This document shows positions 24,239 through 36,082 of a stretch of 41,054 nt of DNA, piece after piece (the first letter of the stretch is position 1; each line of letters opens with the position of its first letter). Under the pieces are notes generated by a model. The model searched no databases, was not told the DNA's origin, and saw only the letters and a list, made by a program, of their open reading frames with translations. Location of the stretch: positions 1 to 41,054 of the forward strand of contig KZ538906.1 in the NCBI GenBank assembly GCA_000934665.2, written 5' to 3'. Both the position numbers and the translations under genes were made by a program. The stretch is from Catajapyx aquilonaris. Lineage: Eukaryota.

Positions 24239-24802
24239 GACCTATGCAAAAATGCAGATCAGGTGTTGTTTGACTCGGCTGAGCCAAACATGAGGATTCA
24301 GTTTTATGCCTCCTTGCATGAAGCCCTCTCAGAATGCACAACTGACTCGTCAATAACCTGGAAGGTTATCGCACTGCTGGAGGCTGCCATTCAACATGAT
24401 GCTGCACTGACGTCAAAACTGTATGATACTCGCTTGATACCATCACTTGGTAACATATTACAAGAAGACCTAGAGGTGGAGAAGGCAACACGTATCCTTT
24501 GCCTTCTGACCCACATGACTGGGAATATGATCGTGGAGTGGCGTCATGTTTGGGTGTCCTCCTTGATGGAGACCCTACTGAGCCTGTACTTGCTGAAGGA
24601 CGAAATATCCGAGGAGCAGCATGACCTGGCTGTTGCTATTTTATTCAACTTCTGCTGTGGGAATAATGTTGCAGGTTATGAATTGATCCGCATTATTGGT
24701 GGAAAGGCAAAAGTAACTCTGCTAGAGAACCTCACAGAATCGGGACGGAGAGATGTGGAAGTGGAGGTCAGGTCAAACATGTTGGCCCTTGCCATTGAGG
24801 AG
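24239..24802 (+). CDS. CIP2A: CIP2A-like protein, coding exon 2 (armadillo-like helical repeats)
   Basis: tgtttcAG acceptor, GAG|GTATGC donor, 564 nt, phase 0-0. AVAILFNFCCGN resembles CIP2A CLGLLANLCRHN as recalled. Confidence 0.85.
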
Positions 24803-25083
24803 GTATGCATTTTCTAGGTCTAGAAAATACCGGGTATTACTTAAAGACATGTGAGAAGATTACATGCTTGATATTTAGTGAAGAAACATTTGCATTGGGA
24901 TATGTAATGCTGGTTTTCGTAATATAAATTTTTTCAGATGCTGTTGCAAGGAGTTAGTAATCAAGTATTCCAGCAAATAAGATAGATAACACTACCCTGG
25001 AATGATTTTTGAAGCACGGGATTTGATGGGTGAATGTTACCTACATAAATAAAAATTACTGGATAATAAAGCAATTAACCTAA

Positions 25084-25829
25084 TTAGCGTATCCGCAAAG
25101 TAAGGCCTGTTATTTCTTTTAAAAACCACAATGCGCCCCCAAAATTTTTATTTACGCATCTGAAATCAACAACTGTCTACCTTTTTTTCAGAATAGTTTC
25201 CAAACAAATCGAGGCATTTTTCATTGAGTTACACCGGATTTTGTGTCATAGAGGTGTGCCGCCAGCCATTTGCGCTATCCCTGAATGCTGGATTGCAACT
25301 CCTCGTCATCGTCAACCTTCTGCTTTGCAAGCCATTTCTTCCTGTCCATGGACAGGTGGTAATTGTTAGGCTCTAAATCCCGGGTGATCAAACAATTCGT
25401 ACTTGAATTGTTGCGGCAGGGTTCCGGTAAGCAAGCAGAGGCAGTAGGCAGACAGGCATTGTCGCGCAAAAAAACCACCAGGAACTCAACATGCCGCTAC
25501 GCAATAATGCAAGTGCGAATTGTTCGATCATCCGGATTTAGAGCCCAACAATTACCACCTGTCCGACAGGAAGAAATGGCTTGCAAAGCAGAAGGTTGAC
25601 GATGACGAGGAGTTGCAATCCAGCTTTCAAGGATAGCGGAAATGGCTGGCGGCAGATCTCTATGTCATAGACATTCAAAAGCTTGTGTAACTCAATGAAA
25701 AATGCCTCGATTTGTTTGGAAACTATTTTGAAAAAAAAAAGTAGACAGTTGTCGATTTAAGATGTGTAAATAAAAATTTTGGGGGTGCATTGTGGTTTTA
25801 AAAATAACCTTACTTTCCTGATACACTAA
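25084..25829. mobile_element. Second, older fold-back mariner derivative (duplicated 3' halves)
   Basis: ~340-bp imperfect inverted arms with remnants DLEPNNYHL..KKWLAKQKVDDDEELQ..KCLDLFGNYFEK; TIR differs from the 21795 element. Confidence 0.8.
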
Positions 25830-26430
25830 TACCAAAAAGGAAAAAGCGTGGAAAAACATACCTAGTGAAGCGAGTGTACTAGGGACATAAATATTTTTCA
25901 CAAAAATAATAATCAAGGTTAACTATTGGAACTCTTTGGCTGCACACCCTAAATTAGTGTTTTTGGCATCTCCTCGTTAATTCAAATGAAGCCTATGACT
26001 TACATTTGTGATCTCTGTGAGGGTTATTTCTCGCTAAGCACTAGCAGTCATCGGCCATGATTGGAACATCCCAATGGTCTTAAGAAGGTACGATAAGGAA
26101 AAATTGAAAGTAGATCTGAAAGGTCAGATTAGGTTAGGTCACCTATCAAATCCCAATGCGCAGAAAATTTTTAAAGGGATCTTTTTCAGGATTGCTTTTG
26201 CTGTGTGGCATAATGATTTTTATTGGAAGTTGTTCCAAATAATATTAGATGAAAAAGTGAAACAAGTTTTTATATATGTATTGTCTGAGTAGTGAAAACC
26301 TGCCATTGAAAGTGGAGAATTTCCCAATTTTTTGCATTGAAAATGGCCAAAGAGACCCTAGAAACTTTTCAGAACAGGGCAGGCGCTTTTTCATAAACAA
26401 CCTCTCTGAATTATGCTCTTTCAAACATAT

Positions 26431-26960
26431 ATGAGGGTTGGATTTTAAATAGTGGCAACCCTGTTCCCTTTGCACATGGAAATGGGGTTGTGGCTTCTGT
26501 GCAAGAAGGGAGATGAAGACAGATGTGGGGCTTGTTCATGTCATATTTGGACCCGATTGTGCTACTGGTGATGGTGACAGGGTAGTTCAAAGGGGCCGCA
26601 TCCTCATGCACTGCTCTAAGCCATGGCATTGAAGTTAGAACAGCGTTTTTGGTTGGAGATCAAAGTGGTGAGGGGCCATGACAATGTCCACTATACCGCA
26701 ACTTGGAACATCATATGAGACCAGTGATATGACGCAAGCGACCACACTTCCTGAACACCAGCCCCATGACCAGCCCTTTCGTGTTGCCATGTCGCAGCTG
26801 CAGTGAGAGGATTGTTGCATCGTTGGCAATGGGGAAACACTGAAGCACCCTCCCTACTCTCCAGATATGACCTGTTGCAATTTTGATTATTTTGTTCCCA
26901 AAAATGAAGAAGCCAGTGCAAGGAAATGTATCCAGAGAATTGAAGCGATAGTACATGCAT
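26431..26960 (+). mobile_element. Decayed mariner fragment
   Basis: TA(T)GAGGGTTGG-type end; remnants HDNV and WETLKHPPYSPDMT. Confidence 0.65.
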
Positions 26961-27046
26961 TAGGGTGGGGTGATTGCAGATTTTTTTTTTTTTTTTTTTT
27001 TNNNNNNNNNNNNNNNNNNNNNNNNNNNNNNNNNNNNNNNNNNNNN

Positions 27047-27256
27047 CTCCAAGGGTGGGTGGGAGGGGATGTGCAAAGTGCAAGTGCAATGTCTCTAATC
27101 GTCATTTTGTGAACTCCCCCGGGTGGCTTAGTCTGTCGGAAATTGCCACCCGAAACGAAGCCAGAGATGGCCCAACTCTGCACGAAAGAAGGTGGGAACC
27201 CCGGGTGGGGATTGAACCCGGGACCTTAACTTCCGTGGGCCACTCCGTCTCCCTCG
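27047..27256 (-). mobile_element. SINE, family B (3' part lost in an N-gap)
   Basis: Reverse-complement match to family B head and body. Confidence 0.75.
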
Positions 27257-27516
27257 GTGATTGCAGATATTAACAAACATCACTCTGCTGATCCCACATG
27301 TCTGGAAAAGGGTCATGGAGTGCGGGGACGACTACAATGAAAGAATGTATATAACAAATCTGTTAATTAAAGCTTTCTTTTGAAACTATCGCAGCGTTGC
27401 CACTATTAAAAATCCAACCCTCTTATTTTACATTGTGTCTTGGAATAACTTGAAACATGCCTTTTGATTTCTTTAGTTGCAAAACAAGGTATAAAGATGC
27501 ATCCATTTTTGTGCAG

Positions 27517-28012
27517 GTTTACCTTGACAAGAAAGATCACTTGGAGCAAGTAGAGGCATTTATACCAAACTTGACCGTTGGAGCATCTCTGGCAGTAGAT
27601 TCGGGAAATGCTAGTTTACTGAACCACATAGTCAAGTTCACAACACAGCTGGAAGCAGATATGTTCAGCAAGCTTTGTGGTTCCGCCTTCCAGAATCTTA
27701 CTGAGAAGATTCATTCTGGCACCAACCCCCAAGTCGCTTCATGTATATTTCAGTTACTGGGCCTGCATACGACAGGCATTAAGCAAAAGTTTGTATCAAC
27801 AGCCAGGGCACTCATTGGTTGGATTGGGCATGCATTGGTTGGAGAACATGCATGCTTGGCACTTGTGCAAATTATCATCAACCGGGGTATGGATGAGTGT
27901 GAAGGGTTTGTGGAAGTGGTGAAGGATATTGTCACAAAGTTAATGGAGCAGCAGCCAGAGATGAGCCCACCAAAATGCAAGTTGCTCAGTGCCCAGATCA
28001 AACTCATCGAAG
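27517..28012 (+). CDS. CIP2A: CIP2A-like protein, coding exon 3 (ends at the U12 donor)
   Basis: tttttgtgcAG acceptor, phase 0; ALIGWIGHALVGEHACLAL resembles CIP2A [21 protein letters not shown] as recalled; ends GAA G|ATATCCTTT. Confidence 0.85.
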
Positions 28013-28219
28013 ATATCCTTTGGCATATTATTTTACTAACATTTCAAACATCACTTAGAACATGATACCATACTATTTGCAGTAATATAAGGTTCCGTCA
28101 AATGCAAGGTATTATTCAAGGTGGTGGGAAAGTTTCTTGTGGTGGTTTTAAAAATATAAATGCAGAATTGTGGACACATTGACATAGTGATGAATGGAAT
28201 AATGAAAATAGCTCTAGCC

Positions 28220-29392
28220 CAGGGGTTCCCAACCCTAGGGTTGCAACCCAAAATAGAGTCGCCAACCCAAACTAGGGTCGCCAACATGTTTTAACCATTT
28301 GTCTCCTGTGCGATTCTGAACTCTTCGGGTGGGGGTTTAAAAAGAGCGCCCTAGGTAAAAATCACTGGATTTGGCACCATTGGTTTCACTCTTGATTCAT
28401 ATACAAGAGAGGGCTGAACATTGCGAGACATACCAACCTACGCTGCATATCGAGAGAGGGCAGCAATGGCCTCATAAACTATGCACAAGACGGTGACGTC
28501 ATCCTATTACGTCATCTACGCGGTTTTTCAAAGGTGGGTTCTACCCCTCTAATAAATCCAAGATAATTCTATATGGTTGCCCAGTCTCTCTGATGAATTA
28601 TGAAAACATCAGTGTCAGTTTTAAACAATTTAAAAGGTCCGATTTAAATGGAGGTAATGTGTTCTGCCGGTTGTAAAAAAAAAAAGCCGGCTCAAGCATC
28701 AAGCGGACAACGCCCAGAGCTCGGAGCAGTCCGCCCGGCCAATTAGGTGCGAGGATGCTTTTTACGACCAAAATGGTGCTGGGTGAGATTGCCTACCCTT
28801 CACGGATCGTTCTGATTTTTTACTCGGCGAAAAGTAAGTTGCAGAATTTCGAGATTGTTAAAAATTGTTTTCAGCTAGACGTCCACATACTGGGAAGTAA
28901 GTGACAGGGAGCTATCTCTATTTAAATTTGTGCAGTAAGTGTTCGTTTAGGGTTGTTTACAATGAATGAAACCTTTGGGTTTTGACGTCGTGCCATTAAA
29001 AATATCACTTGAGTGGTGTAAATACTCATGAACATAGAAACTGTGAGCATTTCCTAAGGCTATGGTGAAAGAAACTTCCATCAGGGTTATACCAGTGAAT
29101 TTTAAAAAGTTATTTTGTTTGGTTGTATTATAATACAGCGAAATCGGGCCGCAGGAGACAGGGTTAAGGGTCACGGGAAGACCGGAAAAAAGGATTAGAT
29201 ATTTTAAGAAGAGAAGAAAAAAATTAGGCAAAGAAGGAAAATTTTGGAAGGAAATTAATCTCTAATCTACATAAGCATTGCACTGTACCTAGTTGAAGGT
29301 TTTGGTAATAAAATGGGAAGAGTCATACGGGTCGCCAGGTCGAGAAAAGGTGGTAGATAAGGGTGGCAATGAAAAAAGGTTGGGAACCACTA
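28220..29392. mobile_element. Non-autonomous hAT element
   Basis: TIR CAGGGGTTCCCAACC / GGTTGGGAACCACTA; perfect 8-bp TSD CTCTAGCC (28212-28219, 29393-29400); gggtcgcc subterminal motifs. Confidence 0.88.
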
Positions 29393-29446
29393 CTCTAGCC
29401 TGATAGTGTCAAAAATGCTGCATTCTAAAGTCAGGCTGAAGGTTAA

Positions 29447-30021
29447 CCCTCCAACGGTGATGTGGGCACTTTTTGTGACCATGCCACTATTTTCGCTATA
29501 ACATTGACAATCTACCACATATGAGCTTCATCTTTTAGGAAATCTTAGTTTGATTCCTTTTGTGATTAATGGCATTTAGTTTTAATTTTTAGAGTAAATT
29601 AGTACGATCAGGAAGAAAATAATTATGTACCGATGCATAGTTGGGGCCAAGACTGCATTCCATCACTTCCTGCTTTACAGAGGGAGGACCTGAGCTTATC
29701 AGTACTGGAAAGCATAGTGATTCATGAAGCCAGCTCTGGTTTTGGGCTTTCAAAAGGAAACCTGTTCGGCCTAGGTGACACACGCACATTATGGCCACAA
29801 ATACGCATCAGTGCATAATTGATTTTTTAACGATCTTACTATCTACTAAAAAATTATAAACTAAATGCCAATCATCACAGAAAGAATCAACCCAAGATTG
29901 TTTCCAAGATGAAGTCCAAATGTGCTATATTTCCCAAGTTATAACAAAAAATGTGACTTGGTCACAAAAAGTGCCCACGTCACTGGAGGAAGAACTTCTT
30001 TCACATGTCACTGTTGCAGGG
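29447..30021. mobile_element. piggyBac-like MITE
   Basis: TTAA|CCCT ... AGGG|TTAA; long imperfect inverted arms (gtgggcactttttgtgacca / tggtcacaaaaagtgcccac). Confidence 0.8.
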
Positions 30022-30623
30022 TTAAGTGGACGGGAGTGTACTGCATTTGCACCACATTGGTGCTTCATGTATGGGCTAAAGAGCCTTCTCCACTATGATG
30101 AGCCATGACTGCACAAAAAATTTGCAACTTTTGCTTATGTGATAGTACCAAGAGGTTTAAGGAAGTCCTCAATATCAGGGTGTTACAAGTATATTTGTAC
30201 TTTTAGTTATATGAAATTTTGCTTGAAGCTGTTATTTTTTTGTAGCTTGTTGCACCCCTAACCAGGTGGCCTATTCTATTGAAACCTCCTATATTCGACC
30301 ACCTGGGAGTAATGGGGCTTCTGGATCAGGGTGAAACAAGCTACACAAAAATACCTATTTTGGGCGATATTAGTGATAGCTAAAAACAATCCGCGAACTT
30401 GGAACACTTATCTCTTGGAAACTAGGAACTTGGATATTTAATTCATTAAAAATAGGATTTTGAGAAATGATACAGTTCTGCTGCAAACCCTATGTAATGC
30501 AAATGCTGCCCAACTGTGTTGGCAAGTGATGTCCTTTTACTAACTTGGTGCAATAATTCTCATCTGGATGTGTGAAGTGTGTACAAACTAGTGCAGTGAT
30601 GATCTTTAACCCAGGTTCTCCAC

Positions 30624-30948
30624 TGCTCTGCAGCATTTCCGCGATTAGTGAACTTATCTTGGACGTAATGAAAACGGAATTCTTCACCTCCATCCTTGAA
30701 CCCTTATTAGCTGCTGCGGAAGGTGGGGGAAAGGTCTTCGATGATTTAGACCTGCCACAGTGCTCAAGTGTTGTGGTGGAGTCCTTGTCCCTGCTGTCCA
30801 TTTTGGCTTGCCAAGGAGCCGATTGGTTTGATGTCTATTCCGATGTCTCAGGCCATGTAGGAGTATCAAAGTACATGGCAGATGCCCTGGTGTCTGGAGA
30901 TGTAGATGTGAAGCAGAAGGTGCTGGATCTGGCAGGAAATACAGAGAG
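30624..30948 (+). CDS. CIP2A: CIP2A-like protein, coding exon 4
   Basis: Starts after the AC acceptor (phase 1); MADALVSGDVDVKQKVL resembles CIP2A LAFALTSDNREQVQSGL as recalled; donor AG|GTACAG, phase 2. Confidence 0.85.
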
Positions 30949-31589
30949 GTACAGTGCAAGGCACTCTTTCATTGTGATTATTTTTGTGCTGATTATAATG
31001 AATGCTTCATTTTGGTAAATGATTATTTTCTGTATATTAACTAGTACCAAAATGCAGGTACATGAAAAATGATATATTTTGCCAGAAAAGTTGCAGAAAC
31101 ATTGTGTAACATTGCAGTAATTTAAATTTGAAATACTTCTCATGCTCTCATGCTTCCCTAAATTATGGCATTCTTGGGGACGGAAAAGGTCATAAGTGGG
31201 TAGGTTTTTTCAGTTAAGGTAATAAGTGGTTGGCTTTAAGCTAGATATGAAGTGAATGATGAGCCAGAAAAGTATTGAGTTATTGTTTTTTGAAAGGCTG
31301 CTTAAAATTTGGGAAAGGTGCCAAGCTCCACCAAAAATGTCAGTGATTCAGGAAATACCCATTTCTAAAGCTAGAGGTGCAATTTAGCCCAATAACTAGT
31401 AGTAGTGTGCACTGCAGCCAGCAGCCAACCTAACTTTAGGGAAAAATCAATTTTTGGTACAAGCCAATTAACTGAATCCTGTTTCTGTTTATCGTAGTGC
31501 TATAATTTCTCACGTTATAGAAAAAACCTCCCTTCAGCTTATACTAGATTAGAATTATGACATTCTACATGCAAATAATAATTTTTTAT

Positions 31590-31880
31590 TTATATATTTT
31601 TTTTATTGTTACCCCGTGCTCGAGCCATTGCGGCTCGTTTTGGGGGGAGGGGGAAGGTTCCCAAGGGGGGGCATCCACAGTTTATAGTCACTCACGACTC
31701 TCTCAGATCACCAGACCTTTTCTCTGGCCCCGGGCAGCTAAGGGAGTGCAATGCTGCCCCGGCGTGTCGGGTGAAAAGCGGAAAAAGACCCGGCCAAGCA
31801 GAGGTGACGGGGACGGGATTTGAACCCCGGCCTCCCGCTGGGCTAATCAGTGGCGTAACCACTAGACTACCACGCCTCCC
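31590..31880 (-). mobile_element. tRNA-derived SINE, family E
   Basis: Head ggcgtggtagtctagtggttacg...ggttcaaatccc; 3' end gagccgcaatggctcgagcacggggtaac plus A tail. Confidence 0.7.
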
Positions 31881-31951
31881 TTGCAAATAATAATTAAGTT
31901 GGTACTGAAGTTTCATAGCTCTGGAATAGCTGATCCTCTCGGCTGTCAATA

Positions 31952-32355
31952 CAGGGTGTTTCTTACTAGTAGGTCAACCCGAACTCAGCGTATTCCTTGG
32001 GCCAAAACAAGTCAAAAATGTGTGTGTGTGTGNNGGGGGGGGGGGGGGGGGGGGTGAGAGAGAGAAATACCAAGGGACCAACCTTTAATGAGCTGTAGAT
32101 AACCAGAAATATTGGCCAGTCATTCCCTAAGGAGCAGGATATGAGCAGTTAGCATTTGTGAGATCACCTCTTTCACAGAAGAGAAATGATCACTGCTCAT
32201 ATCCTGCTCCTTAGGCAACCATTGGCCATTTTTTCTGCTCATCTACTTCATTAAAGGTATTTCTCATTGGCATTTCTTCCCCCTTGGATTTTCAACTTGT
32301 TTTGGTCCCAGGAATACACTGACTTCAGGTTGACCTACTAGTAAGAACCACCCTG
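31952..32355. mobile_element. Palindromic Tc1/mariner-type MITE
   Basis: TA|CAGGGTGTTTCTTACTAGTAGGTCAACC ... GGTTGACCTACTAGTAAGAACCACCCTG|TA. Confidence 0.88.
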
Positions 32356-32922
32356 TATAAACAAGTGGTGCCATTGCCAATAATGCTCGAATGCAATTCA
32401 AACTTGTGCAACAGTTCTCTTGCCTTCAGTTGTGGACATCTCAAGATTTCAAGGCTAGTACTATTATTGAAGCAGGAATTCCAGAACTAAAGGGGAACCA
32501 AGAAGAGACTGCTGGGATTAGGTGGGTTTTTCCAACTTTTCAGCCCACCTCCCCAGTCCCTATGTTCACCATGAAGATAAGTAGATCATCCAGGTGGGGA
32601 TTTCCCCCTCCCCCCCACCCCCCAAGGATGTGGGGGTATTGCGGGTTCCTTTTGCGTCTGGCAACTCTACTTCAAAACCCCAGAAAACCCATGCAGTCTT
32701 TTCCTGGAAGGCCTTGCAAAAAATGCTTTTTTTATTGAGTGGAAGGAGGTTATGATGGGTTGCTTCCTTTTCGATCACGTGATGTGACACCTGCTCCCAG
32801 TAGATGCACCTGCGCATATGTATCGTTTTCTTTAAGGTTATCCCTGCCAATTGGTGTTATTGCCTGTCCCATAGGTTTTTCACAATAAATTAGGCTCGTT
32901 TTTTTATTGACTGCACCTTATA

Positions 32923-33326
32923 CAGGGTGGACCAACTTCAAGTGTCGTTTTATAAGGGCTATTAATAGAAGCGCTTTACGATTGATGTAGCAGCGACTTG
33001 TAAAACGGCCCACTTCGGCGCCATCGAAAAATTAGCTGCCAATAGCAGCACACATATAATGAACCCTGTGCAACCACATGCGGCACCAATGCCAATCTGG
33101 TGCCTTGGGCGTCACCCATTTCACCCAGGCGCATCGCAGGTCATGTGTGCACCTCCTTTTTTCCAGGTCAACCCAGCAGTAGGGTTGATTACATGTGTGC
33201 TGCTATTGGCAGCTAATATTTTCGATGGCGCCGAAGTGGGACATTTTACACGTCGCTGCTACGTCATCGCAAAATCACTGCTATTAATCGCCGTTATGAA
33301 ACGACACTTGAAGTTGGTCCACCCTG
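32923..33326. mobile_element. Tc1/mariner-type MITE with ~140-bp TIRs
   Basis: TA|CAGGGTGGACCAACTTCAAGTGTCGTTT ... AAACGACACTTGAAGTTGGTCCACCCTG|TA. Confidence 0.9.
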
Positions 33327-33365
33327 TAGTTAGCACCACAGGCTTTCACCTCTAGGGTCTTGTGT

Positions 33366-33377
33366 ATGATAATAATG

Positions 33378-33419
<42 letters not shown>

Positions 33420-33665
33420 TTGGATACCCCGTGATAGGTCTCTTTGGGCCTCTTACGGGATCATCTTTTCTTGAACTGTCTTTAATAATTTCCTGCGCTG
33501 TGATGGATTTTGATTGTGGCTGGAAACGGAAGAACCACGAGAAAACTGATTCAAACACAGAGAGAACCTATCGAAACTATCCACATAAGTATCCTCTGTC
33601 CGATCCGGGGATCGAACTCTGGACCTCAGAGGTGGAAGGCTTTGGCGATAACCATTACACCACTC
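33366..33665 (-). mobile_element. tRNA-derived SINE, family D, with (ATT)n tail
   Basis: Reverse-complement match to the 36561 and 39062 copies. Confidence 0.85.
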
Positions 33666-33773
33666 TAGATCTTGTGCATGATCTTCAGGTCAGACAGAAT
33701 TTTTCATGTTAGAAAAGTTTTGGTGGGTTTTCCCTCTGTTTGTGTGGGTTTTTCTTGGGAATCTCCTGTTTAA

Positions 33774-34412
33774 CACCTTCGCTACCAGATAGGCCTGAAT
33801 CACGTAGAATTCGGCTTGCGCCTACTCCAAAGATACGGACAAGATATTTTACCAATAATAACAGCCATACTTACCAGATCTGGGAAAACACTATGGATGT
33901 GTCTGGAACAATTTTACTCGTCTAGAAGTCCCTAAATTAATTTCCAAAAAAGGGCTATAAAAACACTGATTTAGAGTACTGCCGACCAACTGTTAGGATG
34001 ATTTAAGTATGAAATGCGTGAAAATACGCGGAATAACAACCTTGAGGACCATGCAAGACGAAATTGGTGAAATCGTCGTACTTTGCGAGAAATAAATTAA
34101 TGCTTATTTGTGGCTTTTTGGCACTTCGGAAAACTCACATTTACTTCTCATGAAGTGTCAAAAAGTGGCAAATAAGTATTAATTTCTCGCAAAGTACGAC
34201 GATTTCAGAAAATTCTGCTGGGATGGTTCTCAAGGTTGTTATTCTGCATATTTTCACGCATTTCATAATTAAATCAGCCTAACAGTTGGCCGGCAGTACT
34301 CCAATTTCGAGTTTTTATAGCATTTTTTGAATATTAATTTAGGGACTTTTAGAGACTAGTGAAATTGTTCCAGACACATTCATAGTGTTTTTCCTGAACA
34401 TGTAAGTATAGC

Positions 34413-34470
<58 letters not shown>

Positions 34471-34561
34471 TGTAAAATATATTTTAAATATATTTTAAAT
34501 ATCTTCGTAGTACGTGTAAGCCGAAATCTACGTGGTTTGGGCCTATCTGGTAGCGAAGGGG
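33774..34561. mobile_element. piggyBac-like fold-back MITE
   Basis: TTAA|CACCTTCGCTACCAGATAGGCC ... GGCCTATCTGGTAGCGAAGGGG|TTAA; nearly all palindromic; (ATT)n expansion in the right arm only. Confidence 0.88.
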
Positions 34562-35381
34562 TTAATCCCACAGTAACCATCAGCATCTCCAACAACCATG
34601 CAGTGGTGTTTAAAACATTCCCTAAAAGGCCCCAGTCAGCCTATCATGGATTATCCTTTAGATTAGCAGCATATGATGCTCTCAAAATTGAAAGTTTATC
34701 ACTATAACACAGGACATAATATGATATGTTTGTATTACATTAAGACAAGCTCAGAAATTGTATTCCGTATGGTAGCAACTTTTCCAGGGCCTAATTTTTA
34801 GTTTGATGAAACTGCAAATGTCAACTACACTGCTTATATTATTTTTGAAATTTACTATATAAATTCATCTCATCCACAAGTTCTTTCAATAGCTCCCATT
34901 GAATACTGCTTTCTTTTGGCTCTACTTTCAAAAGAATTTTGTATGGTCTCAGTAACCAAGACTTTTCAAAGTTACCTCTGTGCACAAAATGACCCAGACC
35001 AACATTGCTCTTGTATTTAAAATATCTTGCACTGCCCTCCCTGCCTGAAAACCTGGGAATTTTGCTAAAGGTTCCCTGATGTACAGACCTAGAAGAGTAA
35101 ATTAAGGCCTGTGCTTAAACCTTCGAGGAGGTCAGCATTACCCAAATAATTATTAAGGCATTATGAAGGTATAAAGTTGTCTTCGTGTAGGTACCATCCA
35201 GTCAGCTAAAACTTGTTGCCTAATTACATCTAAATTGTGAATTGCACAGCAAATGTAAGCATTGTAACTGGCCTTTAATAGATTTGCTGCGATGTGAACT
35301 ACATTTTACATGCATGGCATTCTGACATATTTGTAAGAAAAACTCATGAACAAAACCAGAAATGTGACTGTTATTTTGTAG

Positions 35382-35727
35382 CAAGCATCGTTTGGCATCA
35401 GCCCTCCTTGAGCAGTCGTCAAACAACCTATTCCAGCCGAAGGGAAACAACAGCAACTGTTACACCAGCCCCCTTCCAGAGAAGACCAACAATAATTTTT
35501 CCCCTCAGTCTATTCTAAGTGAAACCCAATGGAAGAGGGTGAGGAGTCTGATTAAAATACTGGAAAGGACAGACCCCAAGACCTGGAAGTCCTCTTCCAT
35601 CACAGAATTGTATGAGTGCAAAATCATGATCCTTGACGACAAGCTTCAGGTATCAAAGGATATGCTGGAGAGGGAGCAGAAGCTCACCGCCCACCAACAG
35701 TCCCTGATTGGTCACTTAGAAGCTGAG
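35382..35727 (+). CDS. CIP2A: CIP2A-like protein, coding exon 5
   Basis: tttgtAG acceptor, phase 2; SITELYECKIMILDDK..KDMLE resembles CIP2A SDIMDVYEMKLSTLASK..QDLLE as recalled; donor GAG|GTATTG. Confidence 0.85.
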
Positions 35728-35799
35728 GTATTGTTTTTTGTCTAATATTTTCCTAGTAATGCAGTGTGAGTGTTCTTTTTTAAAATGCCTTAATTGCAG

Positions 35800-36082
35800 T
35801 CAGTAACCCTTAGGCGCATGTTGTCAGACAAGCATGTGGTGAATGAGGGCTTGGAGAGCATGAAAAAGGGTTTGCAGCAGACCCAAAAACACCTGGAAGC
35901 AGAACTCAGTGCCGAGAAAAGGGCATCCAGTGAGCTGGAGAGAGCCTTGGTTGAAGCCGACGAGAAAATAATTGAGACTCTGAAAACAAAAGCTCAGGAA
36001 ATAAAGGAGATTAAGGTGCAGGCAGAGAAAAGGATACGGACCTTAGAACTTGCTATGGAGGAAGAACGAGCAAAGGCTTTAG
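35800..36082 (+). CDS. CIP2A: CIP2A-like protein, coding exon 6 (coiled coil)
   Basis: Follows a 72-bp intron, ttgcAG acceptor, phase 0; E/K/L-rich heptads; donor G|GTCAGT, phase 1. Confidence 0.85.

Larger units (their letters stand above)
28013..30623 (+). other. U12-type (minor spliceosome) AT-AC intron
   Basis: 5' site ATATCCTTT; branch-like TCTTTAAC at 30603-30610; 3' end CAC at 30621-30623. The phase-1 join gives ..KLIE-V-LCS.. Confidence 0.88.

Noticed and set aside
24938..24985. Extra CIP2A exon after ttttcAG (MLLQGVSNQVFQQIR*)
   Set aside because: Hits a stop in the required phase, and exons 2 and 3 join without it; it could at most be a minor terminal exon.
30611..30614. CCAG as the acceptor for CIP2A exon 4
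   Set aside because: In frame, but only ~4 nt from the branch motif and no matching GT donor at exon 3; the AC site fits U12 spacing and the recalled protein alignment better.
35728..35799. Second U12 intron suggested by the tgccttaat branch-like motif
   Set aside because: The donor is GTATTG, not RTATCCTT; treated as an ordinary U2 intron.
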